A DNA stretch of 64,000 bases, from positions 62,812 through 126,811 of the forward strand of contig MEVD01000003.1 of assembly GCA_001772865.1 (NCBI GenBank), written 5' to 3'. This DNA comes from a candidate division WWE3 bacterium RIFCSPHIGHO2_02_FULL_38_14 (GTDB lineage: Bacteria > Patescibacteriota > WWE3 > UBA101185 > UBA10185). Position numbers and translations under genes: made by a program. Below, piece after piece: positions 1 through 12,253 of this stretch. Within the stretch, counting starts at the first letter, position 1, and each line of letters starts with the position of its first letter. The notes beneath the pieces were generated by a model. The model was not told the DNA's origin, made no database searches, and was given only the letters and a program-made list of their open reading frames with translations.

Positions 1-115
1 ATATAGAGAAAGATGATTAAAAAAGTTAAAAGAAAAAATAAAGGAATATTTGCCTTAAGAAGCATTTTTATCTTTTCTACGGATTTTATCTCATACATAC
101 ATTTATGATAGTATT

Positions 116-691
116 TTGAGCAGTTATATGAAAGATTCTGAAAAATACAAAATATTCAAAAAATTTTTTATTGAGCTGCTGGAAACATTTTTAACCACTC
201 TTATTGTTCTTTTTATTATTTATGCAACCATTGCAATGCCAGAACAAGTAGTGGGGGCCAGTATGGAGCCTAATTTTCATACTGGGGAACGAATTTTAGT
301 GGAAAAACTGACCAGGCACTTTAAGCCTTTTGAAAGGGGCGATGTGGTTGTATTGAACCCGCCTGGAAATGAAAGTTCGGATTATATTAAAAGAATAATC
401 GGAATTCCGGGAGATATTATCAAAATATACGACTGCAGAGTATATGTTTCAACCGACGGTAAAAGATATATTTTGGACGAGACTTATCTTCCTGAAAGAA
501 CCTGTACATCAGAAGGTCCTAGACTTAAAGAGGGCAGATCGATTAAAATAGAAGAGAACGAATATTTGGTATTAGGTGACAACAGAGCCAGATCTTCGGA
601 TTCGAGGTTTTTTGGCCTGGTTGAGGCAAATAGTATTCTTGGAAGAGTAATATTCAGATTTTGGCCGCTGGGTAAACTGGGATTTATATAA
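116..691 (+). CDS. lepB: signal peptidase I (S26 family)
   Basis: 191 aa with an N-terminal TM segment. S26 catalytic boxes are present: GASMEPNF (Ser box), a Lys box region, and GDNRARSSDSR. Confidence 0.85.
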   Translation: MSSYMKDSEKYKIFKKFFIELLETFLTTLIVLFIIYATIAMPEQVVGASMEPNFHTGERILVEKLTRHFKPFERGDVVVLNPPGNESSDYIKRIIGIPGDIIKIYDCRVYVSTDGKRYILDETYLPERTCTSEGPRLKEGRSIKIEENEYLVLGDNRARSSDSRFFGLVEANSILGRVIFRFWPLGKLGFI

Positions 692-708
692 AAAGCAGTT
701 TGTTGCTA

Positions 709-737
709 TTGACACGCCATAAAAGATATGTTAACTT
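709..737 (+). promoter_or_regulatory. candidate sigma70-like promoter upstream of rpoB (TTGACA-17-TAACTT)
   Basis: TTGACA at 709-714, 17-nt spacer, TAACTT at 732-737. It is embedded in an inverted repeat (aaaagcag ... ctgcttttt) that may also terminate lepB. Confidence 0.3.
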
Positions 738-862
738 GCCTCTTGTCTTTGAGTATACAAAAGCTGCTTTTTGTTTTGACTGTTTATGAAGATCTGGCCG
801 GTAGAACTACCATATCTTCCATCTCATCCGGTCTTTGTGGGTGATTTTAAAAGTATAAAATA

Positions 863-3800
863 ATGCGACATAATTTTTCTAAAAGAAAAGTAACTTTATC
901 TTTGCCTAATCTTCTGGGTATTCAATTGGAGTCTTATCAGTGGCTAAGAGAAAAGGGATTAAATGAAATTTTAGAAGAATTGGGGCTGATAGAAGACTAT
1001 TCGGGAAGGGGTTGGGTATTAAAGCTTTCAAGCGCCGAAATTCAAAAGGAAAATATTTCCGTCAGCGAAGCTTTGCATTCCGGACGAACTTATGACGCCC
1101 CCTGGTACGTTTCGGCAGTTTTAGAAGATCCTCTAATTAAAAAATCCAAAAAGCAGCAAATTTATATGGGCGATATACCTCTCATGACGACAAGAGGTAC
1201 CTTTATTATTAACGGTGTAGAAAGGGTTATTGTAAACCAGCTAATTAGATCGGAAGGAGTCTTATTCACCGGTGCTCCGTCTCCCGTAACGGGACAGTTC
1301 TTAGGAGGGGCAAAGGTTTTGCCTAAAAACGGAGTCTGGCTGGAAATAGAAACATCACGCTCAGGAGTTATAAGCGTAAAAATAGACAGAAAAAGAAAAA
1401 TAACAATCTCGACTCTTTTAAGAGTTTTCGGCTTGGAAACGGATGACGATATTAGAAATGCTTTTAATGATGTTGAAACCAATCCGGAAACTAATTTTAC
1501 CGAATCTACTCTAGCCAAGGATCCCTCTTCTAATTATGATGAAGCTTGTCTTGAAATATACAGGAAAATGAGACCGGGGGAACCACTGGTTGTTGAGAAT
1601 GCCCGCGCGCTTGTGGATTCGATGTTTTTTAATAAGAGGCGCTACAGTTTAGGAGAAGTCGGAAGATTTAAAGTAAACCAGGTTTTAGGTTTAAACTTTC
1701 CGAATGATCCTAAACATAGATTATTACAACTGGAGGATTTGGTTAAAATAATTTCCAGAATAATAGAGCTTAATAACGGTTTGGGTGATCCCAGCGATGT
1801 AGACCATTTAAGTAACAGAAGAGTAAAAAGTGTAGGCGAGCTCCTTCAAAATCAAATCAGAATCGGATTTTTACAGATGGAAAAAAATATTAAGGAAAAA
1901 ATGAGTTTGGCTCCCAGAAACGAATTACCGGAGCCAAATTTGTTAGTATCGCCCAGAGCGGTAGCGGCTAAAATACACAGCTTCTTTGCTACCGGACAGT
2001 TATCTCAATTCCAAGATCAGCAAAACCCGTTAACTTCATTGGATCACTTAAGAAGGTTGTCGGTTATGGGTCCGGGGGGATTAACAAAAGAAAGAGCAAG
2101 CATGGCAGTGAGAGATGTGCATTATTCTTCATTTGGAAGAATTTGTCCGGTAAGAACACCAGAAGGTCCGAACATCGGATTAATCAACTATTTGGCTATG
2201 TACGCAAAAGTAAATCAATACGGTTTTTTGGAAACTCCGTATATTAAATTGGAGAAAGAGCCGGATGGAAGGATAAAGGTGACCGGAGAAGTAGTATACC
2301 TGGCGGCTTATGATGAAGAAGGAGTTTATATTACAGACTCATCCGTACAATTAGATGAAAACAATTATATTATTCAAAAGCAGGTTCCGTTAAGAATGGG
2401 GGGTAATTTTATTTTGGGAGATGTTTCACATGCACAGTATATGGAGCTAGTACCAAGGCAAATCGTCGGTATTTCGGCCGGTTTAATTCCGTTTTTATCA
2501 AACGATGATATTTCAAGAGCATTAATGGGTACACAGCAGATGTCTCAGGCAGTACCATTGGTAAAAGCTGAATCTCCAATTGTAGGAACTGATATTGAAA
2601 GAGAAATTTCCGAGAATGCTAATGCGGTTGTTTTTGCAGAAGACAGCGGAACCGTAATATTTGCTGATGCATCAAAAGTTATAGTAAGTTATGAAGGTAG
2701 AAAAGGAAAAGCCGAGTACAAGCCAACTAAATTTACAAAATCCAATTTGGATACGTGCTATAACCAATACGTTAGAGTATCCACAGAACAGAAAATTAAT
2801 AAAGGCGATATTTTAATCGAAGGACCGGGAGTGCAAAAAGGTGAACTGGCAATAGGAACTAATGTAATTGTAGGTTATATGATCTGGGAAGGTTATGAAT
2901 ATGAAGACGGTATTATTATTTCCGACAGACTTGTTAAAGAAGATATTCTAACCTCTATACATGTGTCCGACTACACTATTTCGGTATTGGAAACTAAATT
3001 GGGACCCGAAGAAATAACAAGGGATATTCCTAATTTGCCGGAAGATGCTTTAAGGAATCTGGATGAAGAAGGAATTGTTGCAATAGGTTCTAAAGTTAAG
3101 TCGGGAGATGTTCTGGTAGGTAAGGTCGCACCAAAAGGCGAAGCTGACTTGTCTGCTGAGGAGAGATTATTAAGAGCAATATTCGGGGAAAAGGCAAAAG
3201 ACGTACGTGATAATTCATTAGTTATGCCCCATGGCGAGCACGGTGTGGTAATAGGAGTTAAAAGAGTAAACAGAAAGCAAAATGACGAATTGCCAGCCGG
3301 TGTTTTGGAAGAAATAACCGTTTATGTTGCTCAGCAGAAAAAAATTGAAATAGGTGACAAGCTTGCGGGCAGGCACGGAAATAAAGGAGTAATTTCGGCA
3401 ATAGTATCAACCGTTGATATGCCTCATTTGGAAGACGGAACCCCGATAGATATAGTTTTTTCGTCGGAAGCTGTTTTGAAAAGAATGAATGTTGGCCAGA
3501 TTTTAGAAGCTCCGTTAGGGATGGCCGGAGAAAAGCTCGGTAGATTATATTCTATACCGGCTTTAGAAGCGGTAGATGAAAAAGAGATAGAAGCTGAATT
3601 GTTAAATGCAAATATTCCGGTAAATGGAAAAAGAAGACTTATTGACGGTAGAACGGGTGAGTATTTTGATAATGAAGTTGTAGTAGGTAATACCTATATT
3701 TTAAAACTTATTCATATGAGTGAGGAAAAAATGCACGCCAGGTCTACCGGCCCGTATTCTTTAATAACACAGCAACCGCTTGGCGGAAAGGCTCAATTCG

Positions 3801-4117
3801 GCGGGCAGAGATTTGGAGAGATGGAGGTTTGGGCGTTGGAAGCTTACGGTGCCGCCCATATTTTAAAGGAAATGCTTACGATAAAATCCGATGATTTAGT
3901 AGGCAGGACACAAGCTTACAGTGCGATCATCCAAAATAAGCCAATTCCTGAATCATCAATACCGGAGACTTTTAAATTACTTGTCAGAAAAATGAATGGT
4001 TTGGGATTAGGTCTTGAAGCCATAGGAGGAGAGACTGTAGAAGAGTCAGAGGCCGCTAGTACAGAAGCTGCCGGTGAGAATGAGGAAAATATAGTAGTTG
4101 AATCGGAGGTCAAGTGA
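863..4117 (+). CDS. rpoB: DNA-directed RNA polymerase subunit beta
   Basis: 1084 aa. Conserved beta-subunit motifs are present (FGRICPVRTPEGPNIGLI, GDKLAGRHGNKGVIS, RFGEMEVWALEAYGAA). TGA stop overlaps the rpoC GTG start. Confidence 0.97.
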   Translation: MRHNFSKRKVTLSLPNLLGIQLESYQWLREKGLNEILEELGLIEDYSGRGWVLKLSSAEIQKENISVSEALHSGRTYDAPWYVSAVLEDPLIKKSKKQQIYMGDIPLMTTRGTFIINGVERVIVNQLIRSEGVLFTGAPSPVTGQFLGGAKVLPKNGVWLEIETSRSGVISVKIDRKRKITISTLLRVFGLETDDDIRNAFNDVETNPETNFTESTLAKDPSSNYDEACLEIYRKMRPGEPLVVENARALVDSMFFNKRRYSLGEVGRFKVNQVLGLNFPNDPKHRLLQLEDLVKIISRIIELNNGLGDPSDVDHLSNRRVKSVGELLQNQIRIGFLQMEKNIKEKMSLAPRNELPEPNLLVSPRAVAAKIHSFFATGQLSQFQDQQNPLTSLDHLRRLSVMGPGGLTKERASMAVRDVHYSSFGRICPVRTPEGPNIGLINYLAMYAKVNQYGFLETPYIKLEKEPDGRIKVTGEVVYLAAYDEEGVYITDSSVQLDENNYIIQKQVPLRMGGNFILGDVSHAQYMELVPRQIVGISAGLIPFLSNDDISRALMGTQQMSQAVPLVKAESPIVGTDIEREISENANAVVFAEDSGTVIFADASKVIVSYEGRKGKAEYKPTKFTKSNLDTCYNQYVRVSTEQKINKGDILIEGPGVQKGELAIGTNVIVGYMIWEGYEYEDGIIISDRLVKEDILTSIHVSDYTISVLETKLGPEEITRDIPNLPEDALRNLDEEGIVAIGSKVKSGDVLVGKVAPKGEADLSAEERLLRAIFGEKAKDVRDNSLVMPHGEHGVVIGVKRVNRKQNDELPAGVLEEITVYVAQQKKIEIGDKLAGRHGNKGVISAIVSTVDMPHLEDGTPIDIVFSSEAVLKRMNVGQILEAPLGMAGEKLGRLYSIPALEAVDEKEIEAELLNANIPVNGKRRLIDGRTGEYFDNEVVVGNTYILKLIHMSEEKMHARSTGPYSLITQQPLGGKAQFGGQRFGEMEVWALEAYGAAHILKEMLTIKSDDLVGRTQAYSAIIQNKPIPESSIPETFKLLVRKMNGLGLGLEAIGGETVEESEAASTEAAGENEENIVVESEVK

Positions 4118-7100
4118 AATATTTAAGCGATTTAAAAAAGTTTGATGCAATAAAAATTTACTTAGCTTCTAGTGAAGAAATACTCTCATGGTCGTTCGGG
4201 GAAATTACCAAACCGGAAACAATAAACTACAGGACATTTAAACCCGAAAGAGAAGGATTATTTGATGAAAGAATCTTCGGCCCGTCCAAAAACTACGAGT
4301 GTTATTGCGGAAAATATAAAGGAATAAGATATAAAGGAGTAATCTGCGACAAATGCGGTGTTGAAGTAACTACTTCGAGAGTAAGAAGAGAAAGAATGGG
4401 GCACATCAGTCTGGCTTCTCCGGTGGCCCATGTGTGGTTTTTCAGAGGAATCCCCTCAAAAATGGCTTTACTTTTAGATATAACTCCCAGAAATATTGAG
4501 TCGATAATCTACTTCTCATCTTTTATTGTTATTCAAGTTGACGGAGCCAAGAAAGCTCAGGCAATATCTAATGTAAATAAGGATATGGATAAAGCTTTGA
4601 AGGAGCTGGAAAAAGAAATGGAAGAGCAAGTCAAAGGTTTGGAAAAAGAAATAAACACATTGACTAAAAATAAGGATGATTTGAAAAATCAGGAGCAGGA
4701 AATCAAAATCAGACAGAAAATCCAGCAAATTCGAAACGGCTTTGAAAAGAAAAAGGAGGAAAAAGAAAAAGAATTTAAAATTGTCGAAAAAAAGATTGAA
4801 AGTATTGAACTGTTTACAGTTTTATCGGATACCGAGTATTTAAACATGAGCCAGTATGTTGATATTTTCTGCAAGGTTGAAATCGGAGCCGAATCGCTGG
4901 AGAAGATCCTGGCAAGTATTGATTTGAACAAGCTGTCATCGGAACTAAGAAGGGGGCTGGAAAGTTCAAAGGGGCAGAAAGCGGCTAAGCTCACAAAAAG
5001 ATTAAAAGTAGTTGAACAGTTCAGAAGGGCTAAAATCGGACCTGAAAGAATGATATCAAGTGTGGTTCCGGTTATTCCTCCTGACCTTAGACCGTTAGTT
5101 CAGCTGGAAGGAGGAAGATTCGCTTCTTCGGATTTAAATGAGTTATATAGAAGAGTCATAAACAGAAATAATAGGTTAAGCAGACTTTTGGAACTAGGTG
5201 CTCCTGAAATAATAATAAGAAATGAAAAAAGAATGCTGCAGGAATCGGTAGACGCATTATTTGATTCCTCTAAACAAAGGCAAAAGCTTAGGACTGCAAG
5301 AGGTAAAAAAGAATTAAGATCTCTCGCGGACATGCTTAAGGGAAAGCAAGGTATATTCAGGCTTAATCTTTTAGGTAAGAGAGTGGATTATTCCGGAAGA
5401 GGGGTTATTATAAATGGACCTACGTTGAAATTAAATGAATGCGGAATTCCGAAAGAAATGGCAATAGAGTTATTTAAGCCGTTTATATTGAGAGAACTTC
5501 TGATAAAAGGATTTGCTCCCAATGTGAAAAGCGCGAAATTTGTTTTGGAGAACAGAGGACCCGAAGTTTGGGATATATTAGAAGAACTTGTAAAAGATCA
5601 TCCCGTTCTATTAAACAGAGCGCCAACTTTATGGAGGCTTGGAATTCAGGCATTCTATCCCAAGCTGATTGAGGGTAACGCCATAAGGCTTCATTTATGC
5701 GTTTGTGCCGGGTTTAATGCAGACTTTGACGGAGATCAGATGGCGGTTCATTTGCCATTATCGGAGGCTGCCAAGGATGAAGCCAGAAATGTATTAATCT
5801 CAACCAGCAATTTGCTGAATCCTTCCGACGGTTCACCTATGTCGGTTCCGAATAAAATAATATTATTCGGTATTTACTACATAACATCAATTGATGATAA
5901 GCTTCCTTTAGTTGAAAGAATATTTACGGATAAGGATGAAGTTTTATATGCGCTAAATACTTCAGATTCACTTAAACTTAGGCAGAGGGTAAAAGTGAAG
6001 GTCCAAAACGACATTATTGAAACGACTCCCGGTAGAATAATATTTAACCAAATAGTTCCGGTTTCGTTCGGATTTGTAAATGATGAAATGCCAAAGAAAA
6101 AAGTTAATGCTCTTATAGCCAGAGCTTTTGAAGAAGAATCCAACGAAGTAATTGTAAAGCTGATTGACGATCTTAAAGACATTGGACTAAAGTTTGGCAC
6201 TATATCCGGGCTGTCAGTTTCATTGTCGGATATTGATATTCCGGCCGAGAGAGAGCCTCTAATTGAAAAAGGTAGAAATTCCGTAATGGAAATCGACAAG
6301 AATTATAGGAGAGGCTTAATAACTAAATCGGAAGCTCATAGGTTGACGGAAGATGTGTGGAATCAAGTGACAGCTGAGGTGGATGAAGCGGTTTGGAATA
6401 ACTTAAAAGCTGATAATCCTGTAAAAGTGCTGGTTAAATCCGGTGCTACCAGAGCTTCTAGAGACCAGGTGAAACAGATTGCGGGAATTAAAGGATTGGT
6501 TTCGGACCCGACCGGAAAAATAGTAGAGATGCCTATTTTGGGGAATTATAAAATCGGGCTTTCCGGCTCGGAGTACTTTGTCGGTGCGAGAGGTGCAAGA
6601 AAAGGTTTAGTGGATAAAGGATTAAAAACTGCTGACGCCGGGTATTTGACCAGAAGACTGGTAGATGTTTCTCAAGATGTTTTGATCAGAGAGGAAAACT
6701 GTGGGACCACAAAAGGCAGGGAAGTGTTTTTAAATGATACCACTGTATTGCAGGCCTTTGCGGACAGGATTTCCGGCAGATATTTAGCCCAGGACGTTAA
6801 GGCGGAAAACAAAGTTGTTATGAAAAAGGGTACTTTGATTGGAATAAATGAAGCTAAAGAAATAGAAAAAGCTAAGGTGGAAAAAATTGTAATAAGGTCG
6901 CCTATGACATGTGAAACCAGAAGGGGAATTTGCGAAAAGTGCTACGGAATGGATTTGGTCACTAAAAAAGATGTTAGGGTTGGAACCGCGGTAGGTGTTG
7001 CAGCTGCTCAATCCATCGGTGAGCCGGGAACACAGTTAACAATGAGGACATTCCATACTGGAGGTATTGCTGGAAAAGACATTACTCAAGGTTTACCCAG

Positions 7101-7788
7101 AGTAGAAGAATTGGTGGAAGCAAGAGCGCCCAAATTTTTAGCAATTATGAGCGAAATAACCGGTACGGTAAAAATCTCTAAGAACGGAGATGAAAGAAAG
7201 ATTACGATTATAGCAACCGATCCGAATGAGGATCAGCAGACCGCCGATTATTTTGTTGATCCGGTTTCCGAAATACTGGTTGAGGACGGACAGTTGGTAG
7301 CCAAAGGCGAGAAACTAACCGGAGGAAATTTGGATTTGACTGACTTGTTCAGAACTGTGGGAGCTGAAGAAACTAAAAGGTATATATTAAATGAAATACA
7401 AAAGGTTTATGCCTCTCAGGGAGTTTCTTTAAACGACAAGCACGTTGAAGTAATAGTCAGGCAGATGTTTAACAATGTTAAGATAGAAGACCGGGGAGAT
7501 ACCGACTTTTTGGTAGGAGAAATAGTAACAAAAGCTAGATTTGAAGAGGAAAACGAAAAAACGATCGCGGAAGGCGGAGCCCCCGCAACAGCCAAACTCA
7601 CTTTACTGGGTATAACTAAGGCCTCGCTTTTTTCCGACAGTTTCTTATCGGCAGCATCTTTTATTCAAACCAGCAATGTGTTGACCGACGCAGCAGCTTC
7701 TGGTAGAGTCGATAAGCTGTTGGGGCTGAAAGAAAACGTTATATTAGGAAGATTAATCCCGACAGGAGAAACCGCGAGGTTGGATTAA
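4114..7788 (+). CDS. rpoC: DNA-directed RNA polymerase subunit beta'
   Basis: 1224 aa. N-terminal zinc finger [23 protein letters not shown]; catalytic [14 protein letters not shown]; C-terminal conserved region. Contains a Lys/Glu-rich coiled-coil insert (about aa 150-235). Confidence 0.97.
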   Translation: MKYLSDLKKFDAIKIYLASSEEILSWSFGEITKPETINYRTFKPEREGLFDERIFGPSKNYECYCGKYKGIRYKGVICDKCGVEVTTSRVRRERMGHISLASPVAHVWFFRGIPSKMALLLDITPRNIESIIYFSSFIVIQVDGAKKAQAISNVNKDMDKALKELEKEMEEQVKGLEKEINTLTKNKDDLKNQEQEIKIRQKIQQIRNGFEKKKEEKEKEFKIVEKKIESIELFTVLSDTEYLNMSQYVDIFCKVEIGAESLEKILASIDLNKLSSELRRGLESSKGQKAAKLTKRLKVVEQFRRAKIGPERMISSVVPVIPPDLRPLVQLEGGRFASSDLNELYRRVINRNNRLSRLLELGAPEIIIRNEKRMLQESVDALFDSSKQRQKLRTARGKKELRSLADMLKGKQGIFRLNLLGKRVDYSGRGVIINGPTLKLNECGIPKEMAIELFKPFILRELLIKGFAPNVKSAKFVLENRGPEVWDILEELVKDHPVLLNRAPTLWRLGIQAFYPKLIEGNAIRLHLCVCAGFNADFDGDQMAVHLPLSEAAKDEARNVLISTSNLLNPSDGSPMSVPNKIILFGIYYITSIDDKLPLVERIFTDKDEVLYALNTSDSLKLRQRVKVKVQNDIIETTPGRIIFNQIVPVSFGFVNDEMPKKKVNALIARAFEEESNEVIVKLIDDLKDIGLKFGTISGLSVSLSDIDIPAEREPLIEKGRNSVMEIDKNYRRGLITKSEAHRLTEDVWNQVTAEVDEAVWNNLKADNPVKVLVKSGATRASRDQVKQIAGIKGLVSDPTGKIVEMPILGNYKIGLSGSEYFVGARGARKGLVDKGLKTADAGYLTRRLVDVSQDVLIREENCGTTKGREVFLNDTTVLQAFADRISGRYLAQDVKAENKVVMKKGTLIGINEAKEIEKAKVEKIVIRSPMTCETRRGICEKCYGMDLVTKKDVRVGTAVGVAAAQSIGEPGTQLTMRTFHTGGIAGKDITQGLPRVEELVEARAPKFLAIMSEITGTVKISKNGDERKITIIATDPNEDQQTADYFVDPVSEILVEDGQLVAKGEKLTGGNLDLTDLFRTVGAEETKRYILNEIQKVYASQGVSLNDKHVEVIVRQMFNNVKIEDRGDTDFLVGEIVTKARFEEENEKTIAEGGAPATAKLTLLGITKASLFSDSFLSAASFIQTSNVLTDAAASGRVDKLLGLKENVILGRLIPTGETARLD

Positions 7789-7792
7789 AAAG

Positions 7793-8218
7793 ATGCCTAC
7801 TGTAAATCAATTACTTAGATATGGCCGAAAAGTGAAGAGATCAAAAATGAAGACGGTTGCTTTATCAGAAGTTTATAACTCCAGAAAGAGGACTGTTAAA
7901 ATGCACAACTCCCCCTTTAAAAAAGGGGTTTGTCTGCTTGTTAAAACCGCCACTCCCAGAAAACCGAATTCAGCATTAAGAAAAGTAGCCAGAGTAAGAC
8001 TATCGAATAAAAGGGAAGTGACGGCTTATATACCGGGTGAAGGTCACAACTTGCAGGAGCATTCAGTTGTACTTGTAAGAGGCGGAAGAGTTAAAGATCT
8101 GCCGGGAATAAAGTACACTATAGTTAGGGGATCTTTTGATTTGTTCGGAGTGCAGAATAGAAAAACCTCAAGGTCGATTTACGGAACTAAACTGCAAAAA
8201 GGAGCAGTGAAGGTTTAA
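7793..8218 (+). CDS. rpsL: 30S ribosomal protein S12
   Basis: 141 aa. [12 protein letters not shown] ... [13 protein letters not shown] ... [11 protein letters not shown] are hallmark S12 motifs. Confidence 0.97.
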   Translation: MPTVNQLLRYGRKVKRSKMKTVALSEVYNSRKRTVKMHNSPFKKGVCLLVKTATPRKPNSALRKVARVRLSNKREVTAYIPGEGHNLQEHSVVLVRGGRVKDLPGIKYTIVRGSFDLFGVQNRKTSRSIYGTKLQKGAVKV

Positions 8219-8236
8219 AAATTTTATTATTTTAAT

Positions 8237-8704
8237 ATGAGATCAGGGAAAACAGACAAAAGACAGGTTCAAAGCGACTTGCTCTATAAATCAAGAGTAG
8301 TTACTCGTATGATTAATACGGTAATGCTAAACGGCAATAAATCATTAGCCGAAAAAATAGTTTACGGAGCTTTAAGCAAACTCGCGGAAGAAAGAAAAGA
8401 TGCTCTAACAGCGTTTGAACAGGCAGTGAAAAACGTAATGCCGGTTCAGGAAGTAAGGTCAAGAAGAATAGGTGGAGCTACCTATCAGGTCCCCGTTCCG
8501 CTAAAACACGACAGGTCAGAAGCCCTGGCTGTAAGATGGATAGTTCAAACGGCAAGATCAAGAAAAGGTAAACCGATGCTGGAGAAATTGTTTGAAGAGA
8601 TAAAAAATGCTCAGTCAAATACAGGAAGCGCCATTAAGAAAAAGGAAGATACTCATAGAATGGCCGAAGCGAACAAAGCATTTGCACATTTTGGAAAATT
8701 TTAA
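8237..8704 (+). CDS. rpsG: 30S ribosomal protein S7
   Basis: 155 aa. S7 signature region EVRSRRIGGATYQVPV. Position after rpsL matches the str operon. Confidence 0.95.
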   Translation: MRSGKTDKRQVQSDLLYKSRVVTRMINTVMLNGNKSLAEKIVYGALSKLAEERKDALTAFEQAVKNVMPVQEVRSRRIGGATYQVPVPLKHDRSEALAVRWIVQTARSRKGKPMLEKLFEEIKNAQSNTGSAIKKKEDTHRMAEANKAFAHFGKF

Positions 8705-8716
8705 TTAGGCGTTTTT

Positions 8717-10804
8717 ATGTCTGAGAAGTCCCCTGTAATTTCTTACCCCATAGATAAAATCAGAAATATAGGTATTATTGCCCATATTGATGCCGGAAAA
8801 ACTACCACGACCGAAAGAATTCTATTTTATACCGGAAAAACTCATAAGATTGGAGAAGTCCACGAAGGCGCCACCCAAATGGACTGGATGGCTCAGGAAA
8901 GAGAAAGAGGTATTACAATTACTTCCGCAGCAACTACATGTTACTGGAAGGATTATAGAATTAACATTATTGACACTCCCGGTCATGTTGACTTCACGGC
9001 TGAAGTAGAAAGATCTTTGAGAGTGCTGGACGGAGGAGTTGTAGTTTTTGACGGTTCACAAGGGGTAGAGCCGCAAAGCGAAACCGTTTGGAGGCAGGCG
9101 GAAAAATATAATGTACCGTTAATCGCGTTCGTAAATAAACTGGACAAAATCGGTGGCGATTTTTACATGTCTCTGAATTCGATTCAGGAAAGACTTTCTC
9201 CTAATGCATACGCTGTTCAATTGCCTGTAGGCGTAGAAAATGATTTTAATCAGGTGATTGATCTTGTAGAAAGAAAAGCATATTTATTCGAAGGGAAACT
9301 AGGTTCGGAAATAATAGAAGTCGAAGTTCCTGAGAACATGAAAGAAAAAGTTGAGGAGTACAGGACAAAATTAGTAGAAAAAGTTGCGGAATCTGATGAG
9401 AAATTGATCGAAAAATATTTGTCGGGAGAACCACTGACAATTGAAGAAATAAAAAAAGGTATGCGGAAGCTTACTTTGGAAACAAAACTGTATCCTGTTT
9501 TTTGCGGTGCTTCTTTGGGTAATATCGGAGTTCAAAAAGTATTGGACGGAGTAATTGATTATCTGCCATGTCCGGCCGATGTAGCCGACGAGACAGGAAT
9601 TATTCCGGACAGCGGTGAAAAAATAGTATTAAAAGCCGACGAAAATGAGCCTTTTACGGCTTTGGCATTTAAAATCCAGACCGATCCGTATGTAGGAAGG
9701 TTGATATATTTCAGGGTGTATTCGGGAAAGGTCAGCTCCGGTTCGTATATTCTAAATTCAACTAAAAATAAAAAAGAAAGAATAGGAAGAATTTTATTAA
9801 TGCACGCGAATCATAGAGAAGAAGTTAAAGAAGTTAAAGCAGGAGAGATAGCAGCGGCGGTTGGCCTGGAAGCTACAACCGGAGATACTATTTGTATGGA
9901 AAGCAAACCTATCATTTTGGAAACCATCCATTTTGCCGAACCGGTCATTGGTCTTGTGGTTGAGCCGAAAACCAAGGCAGACAGAGACAAATTAAGCGAA
10001 TCTCTGAAAAAGTTTATAGAAGAAGATCCCACGCTTAAAATAAAAACAGATGCGGAGACGGCACAGACTATTTTATATGGTATGGGAGAGTTACATTTGG
10101 AAATTATTGTAGATAGAATGAAAAGAGAATTCGGAGTTGAGGTTATAACTGGTAAACCCCAAGTAGCGTACAGGGAAACAGTAAAAAATTCCGTCGATCA
10201 GGAAGGAAAATATATCAGGCAGACCGGGGGTCGTGGTCAGTACGGCCATGTATTTATAAAAGTTGAACCGTTGGAAAGAGGAAAAGGAGTTGAATTTGTA
10301 AATAAAGTTGTCGGGGGCGCGATACCACGTGAATATATTCCGGCGGTTGAAAAAGGTATTAAAGAATCGTGTGAGTCGGGTGTTTTGGCTGGATATCCGG
10401 TTGTAGATGTGAGAATCACATTGTTTGATGGTTCTTTCCACGAGGTAGATTCATCCGAAATAGCTTTTAAAATGGCAGCCAGCGAAGCTTTTAAGAGTGC
10501 GCAGAGAAATGCCCAGGCTTATCTTCTTGAGCCAATTATGAATATTGAAGTGGTGACTCCTGAGGATTTTATGGGTGATATAATAGGCGATTTATCAGGT
10601 AAAAGAGGCAGGATAGAAGGTACTGAAACCAGAGGTACTGCCAGAGTAATCAGCGCAAAAGTGCCTTTGGCTGAAATGTTTGGGTATGCAACTGAACTGA
10701 GGGGTATGTCCCAGGGTCGCGCCAGCTTTACAATGGAGCCCAGCCATTATGAAGAAGTACCGGCAAACGTGACCGAATTGATAATTAAAGGTTCAAACAG
10801 GTAG
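8717..10804 (+). CDS. fusA: elongation factor G
   Basis: 695 aa. GTPase G1-G4 motifs ([24 protein letters not shown]), and domain IV/V motifs. Confidence 0.97.
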   Translation: MSEKSPVISYPIDKIRNIGIIAHIDAGKTTTTERILFYTGKTHKIGEVHEGATQMDWMAQERERGITITSAATTCYWKDYRINIIDTPGHVDFTAEVERSLRVLDGGVVVFDGSQGVEPQSETVWRQAEKYNVPLIAFVNKLDKIGGDFYMSLNSIQERLSPNAYAVQLPVGVENDFNQVIDLVERKAYLFEGKLGSEIIEVEVPENMKEKVEEYRTKLVEKVAESDEKLIEKYLSGEPLTIEEIKKGMRKLTLETKLYPVFCGASLGNIGVQKVLDGVIDYLPCPADVADETGIIPDSGEKIVLKADENEPFTALAFKIQTDPYVGRLIYFRVYSGKVSSGSYILNSTKNKKERIGRILLMHANHREEVKEVKAGEIAAAVGLEATTGDTICMESKPIILETIHFAEPVIGLVVEPKTKADRDKLSESLKKFIEEDPTLKIKTDAETAQTILYGMGELHLEIIVDRMKREFGVEVITGKPQVAYRETVKNSVDQEGKYIRQTGGRGQYGHVFIKVEPLERGKGVEFVNKVVGGAIPREYIPAVEKGIKESCESGVLAGYPVVDVRITLFDGSFHEVDSSEIAFKMAASEAFKSAQRNAQAYLLEPIMNIEVVTPEDFMGDIIGDLSGKRGRIEGTETRGTARVISAKVPLAEMFGYATELRGMSQGRASFTMEPSHYEEVPANVTELIIKGSNR

Positions 10805-10823
10805 ATATTAACCTATAGTACAT

Positions 10824-10848
10824 AGGATGAAAAACATCCTTGCTTTTA
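10824..10848 (+). terminator. putative intrinsic terminator after fusA
   Basis: Hairpin aggatg-aaaaa-catcct followed by tgcttttat. A second small palindrome (cctatagtacatagg) lies just upstream. Confidence 0.4.
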
Positions 10849-10955
10849 TGTTAGGTTTCTGGTTTACTTCATACCTGTAATTTGTTATAAATAACTTCAC
10901 AAATAGGACTTTATATATTAATATACAAAGGTCAAATGGAAGAAAAAGTATAAAG

Positions 10956-10984
10956 TTGTAGATTGTTTGCATACTTTAAATAAT
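10956..10984 (+). promoter_or_regulatory. candidate tuf promoter (TTGTAG-17-AATAAT)
   Basis: Weak -35/-10 pair in the 213-nt fusA-tuf spacer. An SD-like gaaagga lies before the ATG at 11018. Confidence 0.25.
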
Positions 10985-11017
10985 CTTAAGGTATCCAAAT
11001 AGTTCGAAAGGACTAAA

Positions 11018-12196
11018 ATGGCAGAATTCGTTAGAAATAAAGAGCATGTAAATGTCGGAACCATCGGGCACGTTGACCATGGTAAAACCACACTTACTGC
11101 AGCTATTACAAAGGTTTTAGCCGGAAAAGGCAAAGCCGAATACCGGGCTTATGAATCTATAGATAAAGCTCCCGAAGAAAGAGAAAGAGGAATCACAATT
11201 AATATTACTCACGTCGAATATGAAACCGACAAGAGGCATTACGCGCATATAGACGCTCCCGGGCATGCCGATTATATAAAAAACATGATTACCGGCGCAG
11301 CCCAAATGGATGGCGCAATATTGGTAGTATCCGCGCCCGACGGACCGATGCCTCAGACCCGAGAACATATTTTACTAGCTAAACAGGTAAACGTGCCTGC
11401 AATGGTCGTTTTCATGAATAAATGCGATATGGTTCAGGATAAAGAAATTCTTGATTTAGTAGAGCTTGAAATCAGGGAACTGTTGACCAAGTATGGTTTT
11501 GACGGAGAAAAAGTTCCTGTGATAAAAGGATCGGCTACAAAAGCTTTGGAAGGTGATGCCGAATCAGTTAAAGCTATTGAAGAACTGATGGAAGCAGTAG
11601 ACAACTATATTCCCTCACCGGTAAGAGATTTAGACAAACCGTTTTTAATGCCTGTAGAAGATGTTTTCTCTATCAGTGGTAGAGGAACTGTGGCTACCGG
11701 GAGAGTTGAAAGAGGATCAGTTAAATTGAGTGAAGAAGTGGAAATTGTAGGAATAAAAGACACCGTAAAAACGGTTGTAACCGGTATTGAAATGTTTAAG
11801 AAATCAATGCAGCAGACTCAGGCTGGGGATAATGTAGGGGTTTTACTGAGAGGCGTCGAAAGAGAAGGAATAGAAAGAGGTCAGGTATTAGCTAAACCAG
11901 GCAGCGTAAAACCTCACACCGAATTTGAAGCACAAGTTTATGTCCTTTCTAAAGAAGAAGGCGGAAGACATAAGCAGTTCTTTAGCGGCTACAGACCGCA
12001 GTTTTATTTAAGAACTACGGATGTTACAGGTGAAATTACTCTTCCCGAAGGTGTAGAAATGGTTATGCCCGGAGATGACGTAAAAATTAAAGTTAAATTA
12101 ATAACCCCGGTTGCATTGGAAGAAGGTCTTAGATTTGCTGTCAGAGAAGGTGGACATACGGTTGGTGCTGGAGTAATCACCAAGATCAACGCTTAA
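11018..12196 (+). CDS. tuf: elongation factor Tu
   Basis: 392 aa. [27 protein letters not shown] and the C-terminal beta-barrel domains are present. Confidence 0.97.
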   Translation: MAEFVRNKEHVNVGTIGHVDHGKTTLTAAITKVLAGKGKAEYRAYESIDKAPEERERGITINITHVEYETDKRHYAHIDAPGHADYIKNMITGAAQMDGAILVVSAPDGPMPQTREHILLAKQVNVPAMVVFMNKCDMVQDKEILDLVELEIRELLTKYGFDGEKVPVIKGSATKALEGDAESVKAIEELMEAVDNYIPSPVRDLDKPFLMPVEDVFSISGRGTVATGRVERGSVKLSEEVEIVGIKDTVKTVVTGIEMFKKSMQQTQAGDNVGVLLRGVEREGIERGQVLAKPGSVKPHTEFEAQVYVLSKEEGGRHKQFFSGYRPQFYLRTTDVTGEITLPEGVEMVMPGDDVKIKVKLITPVALEEGLRFAVREGGHTVGAGVITKINA

Positions 12197-12213
12197 GTTG
12201 AAGAGTGAACTTT

Positions 12214-12246
12214 GGATGCCCTCAATAACATGAGGGCATCTTGATT
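12214..12246 (+). terminator. stem-loop / weak terminator between tuf and rpsJ
   Basis: Perfect hairpin gatgccctc-aataacat-gagggcatc followed by ttgatt. The T-tract is poor, so this may be a partial terminator or attenuator. Confidence 0.4.
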
Positions 12247-12253
12247 AATAGTT

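Noticed and set aside
1162-7601. Antisense ORFs inside rpoB/rpoC (e.g. 1162-1518, 4689-4994, 5877-6299, all minus strand)
   Set aside because: Low-complexity Ser/Leu/Phe-rich translations opposite highly conserved genes. Typical spurious antisense frames of AT-rich DNA.
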